From positions 113,898 to 133,897 of the forward strand of contig JAVECO010000044.1 in NCBI GenBank assembly GCA_051942205.1: DNA of 20,000 nucleotides. Reading direction: 5' to 3'. Positions 19,935 to 20,000 of the stretch are shown in pieces. The notes under the pieces were generated by a model. That model made no database searches, was not told the DNA's origin, and saw only the letters and a list, made by a program, of their open reading frames with translations. Both the position numbers and the translations under genes were made by a program. The DNA comes from Coniocarpon cinnabarinum (Eukaryota). Positions within the stretch are counted from its first letter, which is position 1, and every line of letters starts with the position of its first letter.

Positions 19935-20000
19935 GGTTCGTGCAAGATTTCAAGATTCTGGATTGGAAAATGGGTCGTCCTGCGAGAGGTAGGTGGGTGG

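Overview
Fungal (filamentous ascomycete-like) genomic DNA with short GT-AG introns. The left end is gene-dense: the 3' part of a complex I 9.5-kDa subunit gene (+), a TGL1/YEH-type lipase/sterol esterase (-) and a divergent two-exon COA5/PET191 gene (+). The right end has a three-exon BTB/POZ gene (-) and a secreted Pro/Ala-rich protein with a divergent CAP (PR-1/SCP) domain (-). Between them is a ~12.8-kb stretch with no recognisable conserved protein gene. It holds several minus-strand orphan small ORFs, three of which share a basic-then-hydrophobic Pro-containing motif. It also holds a 499-bp fold-back MITE with a TA target duplication, a 261-bp RIP-degraded hAT-type element with an 8-bp target duplication, and a ~0.8-1.2 kb plus-strand segment (about 9.2/9.65-10.45 kb). 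That segment folds into nested long helices, ends at ACA plus a U-tract, and is a candidate large structured ncRNA that I could not assign to a known class. All structure and alignment calls were made by eye.
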